Assembly (NCBI GenBank): GCA_029580855.1
Contig: JAKPQH010000181.1
Location: 16,897 to 80,896 of the forward strand
Reading direction: 5' to 3'
DNA from: a bacterium
Lineage (GTDB): Bacteria > Methylomirabilota > Methylomirabilia > Methylomirabilales > 2-02-FULL-66-22
DNA: 64,000 bases
The notes beneath the pieces were generated by a model. It had not been told where the DNA came from. It did no database searches and saw only the letters and a program-made list of their open reading frames with translations. Shown piece by piece: positions 60,298 through 64,000 of this stretch (position 1 is its first letter; each line of letters starts with the position of its first letter). The position numbers and the translations under genes were made by a program.

Positions 60298-62700
60298 ATG
60301 GCCATGACATTAGGCGAGGCGGATACCAGGGCAAAACTGATCGATCCGGCGCTCCATTCGCGCGGCTGGACGGAAGAGTTGCTCCGGCGCGAGGAAACGG
60401 CTGGCGCCGTGGAGATCGTCGGAGGTCAGCCCAGAAAACGACCACGGGGCCGGGCGGACTACGTCCTGCGCGTGCGGGTGAGTCCAACCACACAGCCCGT
60501 GGCCGTGGCCCTTATCGAAGCGAAAGCCGAGCAGCTTCCGCCCACCCACGGCCTGGAGCAGGCCAAGCTCTACGCTACATGCAAGCGCCTCCACGTTCCC
60601 TTCGTATTTTCGTCGAATGGCCACCTCTTCGTCGAGTATGACCGTTTCACCGGCGTAACCGCGAAGCCACGGCCCCTGAAGGACTTTCCGACACCGACGG
60701 AGTTGCGCGCTCGTTATGAAAAGGCCGTGGGCATCAATCTGGAATCCGAGGCAGCCCGACCGCTTCTGGCGAGGTACACGGGGGGCGAAGCCACACGGCG
60801 CTACTACCAGGACGCGGCCATTCGTGCCGTGCTGGAGAAGATCATTCGACGCGGCGAAGAAGGCGAGCCGAAGCGCGCCCTCCTGTCGCTAGCCACAGGG
60901 TCAGGCAAGACGTTCATTGCCGTGCACCTGCTGAAGAAGATCGCGGATGCGGGCCAGCTTCGGCGGGCATTGTTTGTGTGCGACCGGGATGAGCTGCGGC
61001 GGCAGGGACTCGGAGCGTTCCAGAATGGGTTTGGCGCAGACGCTGCCGAGGTATATCTCAAGCCCGATGGAACCAACAACGCCAAAAACGCTCGCGTACA
61101 CATCGCGACATATCAGACGCTGAATGTGGACAGCGATGAGGCCGACGCCAACTTCCTGACGACGCACTATCCCGAGAACTTCTTCAGCCACATCGTCATC
61201 GACGAGTGCCATCGCTCGGCCTGGGGGAAGTGGTCGCAGGTTCTCACCCGAAATCCCGATGCGGTTCAAATCGGACTCACCGCGACGCCCCGGCAGATCG
61301 AGCTGACCGATCGCACGCGGGAAGCCTTTGCGGATCTGGATATCTGCGCCGACAACGTCCGCCACTTCGGCGAGCCTGTGTACGAGTACGACATCGCCCA
61401 GGGAATCGAGGACGGGTATCTCGCGGCGTGCGAGATCGTCCGTCGCGACATCTTCCTGGACGACAAGCCGAAGACGGAACAGGAGACCGGTGTGGAGCGC
61501 GCCGATCTCGCCGGGAAGCGGGTGACGGACGCCATCACCGGGCAAGCCCTGACGGGGGCCGATGTGCGTCCGAGGTACGAGGCGTCGAGCTTCGAGGATC
61601 GGCTCCTCTTGCCCGATCGTGTGGCCCGGATGGCGCGCGACCTCTTTGATCACTTGCTGGCCACGGGCGGGCCGGAGCAGAAGACCATCATCTTCTGCGC
61701 GCGCGACCGCCATGCCGACGATGTGGCGGCGACCATGAACAATCTCTATGCCGACTGGTGCGCCGCGAACGGCCGGTCTCGGTTGGACCCCTATGCGTTC
61801 AAGTGCACGGCCGCCGCGGGAGGCGGCGACTACCTCCCGGACCTCCGGGGTGCCTCCCGACACCATTTCGTCGCCGCGACGGTGGACTTGCTGACGACCG
61901 GGGTGGACGTGCCCTGCGTCCGAAACATCGTGTTCTTCAAGTACGTCCGCTCGCCGATCGCGTTCTATCAGATGATCGGGCGTGGAACGCGCCTCGATGC
62001 CCCGAGCGGGAAGCTGATGTTTCGGGTGTACGACTACACGGACGCCACCCGCCTATTCGGCGAGGCATTCCGCGTCAAGTGGTCGGGGCCGCGAAAGCCC
62101 GGAGACGGACCGGAACCGCCCGAGCCACCCGAGCGGACGATCATGGTGGAAGGTTTCGACGTGCGCGTGACCGATGCCGGCCGGTACATCGTGACGATGG
62201 TGGACGGGAAGGCGGTGCCGGTCACGGTGGAGGAGTACAAGGAGCGATTGGCGGCGCGGTTGGTCGAGGAGGCGGCGACGCTGGACGAATTCCGCCGGCA
62301 GTGGATCACGCCGCCGGAGCGCCGGGAGCTGTTGCTTCGGCTGCCGGAGGGCGGCCGCGCGCCGTTTCTCGTCCGGACGCTCGAATCCATGGATGAATAC
62401 GATCTCTACGATGTCCTCGCGGAGCTGGGCTACGGCCTGGCGCCGCGCAGTCGCACCGAGCGCGTCGAGGCCTTCGGGTACAAGCATCGGGCATGGCTGC
62501 GCGAGCTTCCCCGGAAAACCGCAGCGACCCTGAAAGCCCTTGCCGCCCAGTTCGAGCGCGGCGGCACCGACGGCCTGGAAAATCCGCAAGTCTTCCAGAC
62601 CCCCGACGTCGCCAAGGCTGGCGGCCTGGAGGCGCTGAAGACGCTGGGCAAGCCCGCCGAGATTCTGCGTGAAACCAAGGAAAGGATGTTTTCGGCGTGA
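60298..62700 (+). CDS. hsdR: type I restriction enzyme R subunit (EcoEI-like architecture)
   Basis: HSDR_N-like N-terminus (EADTRAKLIDPAL...GRADYVL), SF2 helicase motifs (LATGSGKTF, VIDECHRS, LTATP, QMIGRGTR) and a C-terminal helical domain resembling EcoEI_R_C. The start is the ATG at 60298 or 60304. Confidence 0.9.
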   Translation: MAMTLGEADTRAKLIDPALHSRGWTEELLRREETAGAVEIVGGQPRKRPRGRADYVLRVRVSPTTQPVAVALIEAKAEQLPPTHGLEQAKLYATCKRLHVPFVFSSNGHLFVEYDRFTGVTAKPRPLKDFPTPTELRARYEKAVGINLESEAARPLLARYTGGEATRRYYQDAAIRAVLEKIIRRGEEGEPKRALLSLATGSGKTFIAVHLLKKIADAGQLRRALFVCDRDELRRQGLGAFQNGFGADAAEVYLKPDGTNNAKNARVHIATYQTLNVDSDEADANFLTTHYPENFFSHIVIDECHRSAWGKWSQVLTRNPDAVQIGLTATPRQIELTDRTREAFADLDICADNVRHFGEPVYEYDIAQGIEDGYLAACEIVRRDIFLDDKPKTEQETGVERADLAGKRVTDAITGQALTGADVRPRYEASSFEDRLLLPDRVARMARDLFDHLLATGGPEQKTIIFCARDRHADDVAATMNNLYADWCAANGRSRLDPYAFKCTAAAGGGDYLPDLRGASRHHFVAATVDLLTTGVDVPCVRNIVFFKYVRSPIAFYQMIGRGTRLDAPSGKLMFRVYDYTDATRLFGEAFRVKWSGPRKPGDGPEPPEPPERTIMVEGFDVRVTDAGRYIVTMVDGKAVPVTVEEYKERLAARLVEEAATLDEFRRQWITPPERRELLLRLPEGGRAPFLVRTLESMDEYDLYDVLAELGYGLAPRSRTERVEAFGYKHRAWLRELPRKTAATLKALAAQFERGGTDGLENPQVFQTPDVAKAGGLEALKTLGKPAEILRETKERMFSA

Positions 62701-63944
62701 GTGAAAAGAGCGTCAGAGACACAAGGAGCCCTGAGAATAGTCTGCCGGACGGATGGCGTTGGGTGCCGCTGGGGCATGTGTGCAGCATTGTGGCGAGGCA
62801 GGTCAATCCAAGACAACCCGAATACGCAGAGCTCCCGCACGTCAGCCCCGAGGACATTGAAAGCGGCAGATGTGTCCTGAGACCACTCAAAACTGCGCAA
62901 GAAGATGGAATGGTTAGCGGCAAATACCTGTTCGAAGAGGGTGATGTCCTCTACTCAAAGCTGCGACCGTATCTACGCAAGGTCGCGGTTGCCAACTGCC
63001 GGGGTGTCTGCAGTGCAGACATGTATCCCCTTCGGCCAAAACCCGACTTTGCCATTGCCGAGTATTTGGCTTGGTTGCTTGTCGGAGATGAGTTCACGCG
63101 TTACGCAGAAGCGGAGTCGCGACGCGCACGGATGCCCAAAATTAATCGAGACCAATTGCTTGCGTGGAAAGCAGCCTTTCCTCCGATCGAGGAACAGCGG
63201 CGGATTGCGGCGATGCTGAGGGAGCAGATGGCGGCGGTGGACCGGGCGCGCGTTGCCGGCGAAGCCCGGCTCGAAGCCGCCAAGGCCCTTTCTACGGCAT
63301 ATCTGCGTTCTCTATTTGAAGGCCGTGAGGCTCAGGAATGGCCGAAGAGATTACTTGGAGAGGTTGCGGAGATCGAATCTGGGGTGACGCTGGGGCGTAA
63401 ATTGAGAGCGGGTAGCACCAGGGCTGTTCCATACCTTCGAGTGGCCAACGTCAAAGATGGTGCGTTGGACCTGTCGAATGTCTACAGTATCGAGGCAACC
63501 ACCGCAGAGATCGGACGGCTTGTTTTGAAGCGTGGGGATCTCTTGCTGACGGAGGGTGGCGATCGAGACAAACTCGGACGAGGTACCTTCTGGGAGGAAC
63601 AGCTTCCTGAGTGTATCCACCAGAACCACATTTTCCGGGTTCGGTTTGATCTAACGAATTTCTCTTCGGAATTCGTCTCAGCGCAGATCGGATCGAGATA
63701 CGGGAAGGCGTATTTTTTGGCGCACGCGAAGCAGACAACTGGCATAGCCACGATCAATAGAAAGGTATTGTCAGGATTTCCATTAATGCTCCCGCCCCTG
63801 AGGGAACAACAACGGATCGCCGCAATAGTGCGGGAACGAGTGGATCGCGCTGGCGGTGTGTGCGCCGCCGCCGAAGCCGAACTCGCCGCGATCAATGCCC
63901 TGCCCGCCGCCCTCCTGCGCCGCGCCTTCTCCGGAGCGCTCTGA
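62697..63944 (+). CDS. hsdS: type I restriction-modification specificity subunit
   Basis: Two target-recognition halves are each followed by the conserved helix (PPIEEQRRIAAMLREQ...; PPLREQQRIAAIVRER...). The GTGA overlaps the hsdR stop. G+C is visibly lower than in the rest of the window. Confidence 0.9.
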   Translation: MSEKSVRDTRSPENSLPDGWRWVPLGHVCSIVARQVNPRQPEYAELPHVSPEDIESGRCVLRPLKTAQEDGMVSGKYLFEEGDVLYSKLRPYLRKVAVANCRGVCSADMYPLRPKPDFAIAEYLAWLLVGDEFTRYAEAESRRARMPKINRDQLLAWKAAFPPIEEQRRIAAMLREQMAAVDRARVAGEARLEAAKALSTAYLRSLFEGREAQEWPKRLLGEVAEIESGVTLGRKLRAGSTRAVPYLRVANVKDGALDLSNVYSIEATTAEIGRLVLKRGDLLLTEGGDRDKLGRGTFWEEQLPECIHQNHIFRVRFDLTNFSSEFVSAQIGSRYGKAYFLAHAKQTTGIATINRKVLSGFPLMLPPLREQQRIAAIVRERVDRAGGVCAAAEAELAAINALPAALLRRAFSGAL

Positions 63945-64000
63945 GATGACGTGGCTTCTCGGAGCATCCCGTTGTGATGTATACTCTCGTCACTCCGAGC

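Noticed and set aside
63946-64000. Partial ORF starting 2 nt after hsdS; tempting to call it hsdM
   Set aside because: Only 18 codons are visible (MTWLLGASRCDVYSRHSE), and they show no HsdM-like N-terminal pattern. This is insufficient evidence for any call.
1-64000. Window-wide look for CRISPR arrays, rRNA, tRNA, transposases, integrases, reverse transcriptases and toxin-antitoxin pairs
   Set aside because: No regularly spaced direct repeats were found, nor any conserved rRNA or tRNA sequence blocks. No ORF had DDE, tyrosine-recombinase or RT motifs. This was manual inspection only, so small or degenerate elements could have been missed.

Overview
High-G+C bacterial chromosomal window (about two thirds G+C by eye, not computed), with a strong G/C bias at codon position 3. 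It is densely coding, with about 56 protein genes. I found no rRNA, tRNA, CRISPR array, transposase or integrase.

Most content is core metabolism and housekeeping:
- tdh-kbl, plus a URO-D/MtaA-like gene
- gnd
- an iorA-iorB-paaK-MFS-ACT arylpyruvate/arylacetate cluster
- a four-gene Na+-translocating biotin decarboxylase operon of the methylmalonyl-CoA type
- a LysR gene next to a decayed M20 peptidase gene
- a DcuC-amidohydrolase-PurM-like operon
- metG, the tmk-holB-PSP1 block, selA and moaC
- mfd followed by two parvulin/SurA-like chaperones
- a nagA-SIS-TRAP (dctP-dctM-dctQ)-cupin locus
- a type I restriction-modification hsdR-hsdS pair at the right edge, with visibly lower G+C

Several gene pairs are translationally coupled through ATGA/GTGA overlaps: iorA/iorB, iorB/paaK, dctM/dctQ, hsdR/hsdS and lipoprotein/DHS-like.

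Observations worth a second look:
1. A single polypeptide (17753-19126) fuses a receiver domain, a PATAN/DUF4388-like segment, a DUF742-like helix-turn-helix and an MglA/CvnD-like GTPase core that lacks its P-loop.
2. A divergent gene pair (24924-26199) shares a paralogous coiled-coil module. It is followed by about 1.6 kb of compositionally atypical, gene-poor DNA holding an orphan receiver gene and a candidate 30-codon membrane micro-ORF.
3. A palindromic REP/MITE-like element of about 70-78 bp, built from 9-bp CACAGATT sub-repeats, occurs twice (16214-16291 and 37603-37671).
4. There are two decayed genes: a DctM remnant and an M20 peptidase remnant.
5. selA is present without selB, selC or selD in the window.

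I could not identify a complete, clearly novel multi-gene system, so the candidates carry modest scores. Many very long ORFs in the six-frame track are antisense or alternate-frame shadows typical of high-GC DNA and were rejected. All family assignments come from reading the translations and from memory of family motifs. No database search was run.
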